Shown piece after piece: positions 62,715 through 64,000 of a DNA stretch of 64,000 nt. Within the stretch, counting starts at the first letter, position 1; every line of letters starts with the position of its first letter. Origin of the DNA: Hormiphora californensis (taxonomy: Eukaryota; Animalia; Ctenophora); assembly GCA_020137815.1 (NCBI GenBank), contig CM035353.1:4402001-4466000 (forward strand), written 5' to 3'. The notes beneath the pieces are model-generated. The model saw only the letters and a list, made by a program, of their open reading frames with translations. It was not told the DNA's origin and ran no database searches. Both the position numbers and the translations under genes were made by a program.

Positions 62715-63453
62715 TGGAAAAGTCATTGTGACCCATTTCGATTCTATAAGGAAAGTTCCCTGAACTTCCCAAGAATCTGTGGAGAGAGTGCAGAACAATA
62801 TCGATATGTAGAATACGAAGACGGGTATGTTAACTATAACAATTCAGTTTTTTCACAATTCCGTTTATGGAGATGGTAATTAATGCATGCAGGCAGTTGG
62901 TACCCCACTATCGAGAATTTTTGGGACTCTTAGTGGGGGTACAGTGTACACACATTAAATACAATATAGATTTAATTTCAAGCGCTACTAAAGCTTACCT
63001 AGCTATGAAAAACTTTGATTTCGCGTCAAACATGTCTTGTGTGCGGTGTGGATTTTACCCGGCAGTTCTAATATATGATGGGCATACAATTACATTAAGG
63101 CAGCTTTTGATTTTAAGCATAATGCACATTTATACTTGGAATTTTGTACAGAAAACAGCAGTTACGAAGATTTTGAGGAGATGTTGACAGCAGCAAACAA
63201 AGCTGACGTTTGTAGAGCCTATCTGCCCAGAGATGACCAGCTGCCGATAAACTTCAAACAATTCAAAGTCAAACTAGCGTCATCTCTTCCTCCTCTCATT
63301 TGTCCACAAAATAGCGAGAAAAATTTAGAGAAATTCATACGGGGTCAGTTAATGAAAGATAAACATTTAGGAAAAGATAAGGAACTACATACCAGTGAAA
63401 AGGTCAAAGCTAGAAAAATTCTTGAGTCCAAGCACAGGTCAGCTATCAATTAG
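62715..63453 (+). pseudogene. HMGXB3-like / KDZ-transposase-associated cysteine-cluster fragment
   Basis: YRYVEYEDGYVNYNNSVF..KAYLAM..MSCVRCGFYPAVLIYDG, frameshifted. Confidence 0.6.
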
Positions 63454-63651
63454 GGCCTCTGACCTAATATAGTTGATCTAAGATGAATTGATAAACAATA
63501 TGCTAGGTAATGATGGTTATATAATATACCAAGAATTTACGGTACAATTGGTGACATAGACACCTGGTGACACCTGTGTCTATGTCACCAATTACGGTAC
63601 CATGCAGAGAGCACGACGAAAAAACAGAACATAAGAACAGAGATGACCTGA

Positions 63652-64000
63652 GACATTAAGCACCGTGCACTGGAGCTGATATCGCGCCACATCCCTCGGG
63701 CATGTGCCCAGGGGTGTGGTGAGATGGTTTCCGGGGACGCAGATTATCAACGGGAGCACGCCTGGCGTTGCACTCATCGAGAAGTACAATGCCCGCTTTG
63801 TTTAACAGCACACCCCCGTGTTGAGTTGGAAAGTCATATCCGGACCGCACACGACATTACCAGCATACCCCGGAATGTGGCGGCTGTGAAAATCTTGGGT
63901 GAGCAGACAGGAACGGTACTGCTGATTATGGGAGCCCCTACTCGTGTCTTAATCAGGGTAGGCAGGAAGGAGGAGTGGCTTGACTCAGCACCGAGCGATG
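63652..64000 (+). CDS. SIAH/Sina (TRAF-type) zinc-finger protein fragment, runs off window
   Basis: Open frame not in the ORF track: HRALELISRHIPRACAQGCGEMVSGDADYQREHAWRCTHREVQCPLCLTAHPRVELESHIRTAH. Confidence 0.68.

Overview
Eukaryotic (metazoan), almost entirely transposon-derived window; I found no intact host gene, tRNA, full rRNA or CRISPR array. Several MITE translations and the GPCR style resemble my recollection of ctenophore (Pleurobrachia-like) sequence; this is an unverified inference. 1-15 kb: two divergently oriented Ty3/Gypsy LTR retrotransposons. Element A is on the minus strand with a 4-zinc-knuckle Gag; element B is on the plus strand with an intact gag, a clear -1 frameshift signal, and a pol broken by a stop, a deletion, a Tc1 footprint, a MITE and a Helentron-type HINE. 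15-16.5 kb: a 7TM GPCR pseudogene split by a truncated Penelope element carrying a hammerhead-like motif. 27.4-33.4 kb: a second, 5'-truncated copy of element A beside a 100-N gap. 24-56 kb: a co-oriented (+) mosaic of modules carrying a divergent, unrecognised family of ~110-150 aa helical ORFs, F-type env fragments, TATA/leader cassettes and PPT-TGT (LTR start-like) junctions, suggesting an env-bearing Gypsy lineage with accessory genes. Many TIR MITEs occur throughout (Tc1/mariner-type TA, Kolobok-type TTAA). 58.9-61.5 kb: a nested foldback element with two convergent 5S-rRNA-derived internal promoter segments. The window ends with fragments of a protein-primed PolB, an HMGXB3/KDZ-type cysteine cluster and a SIAH-like zinc finger. 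Many single-base indels may be long-read errors rather than true decay.
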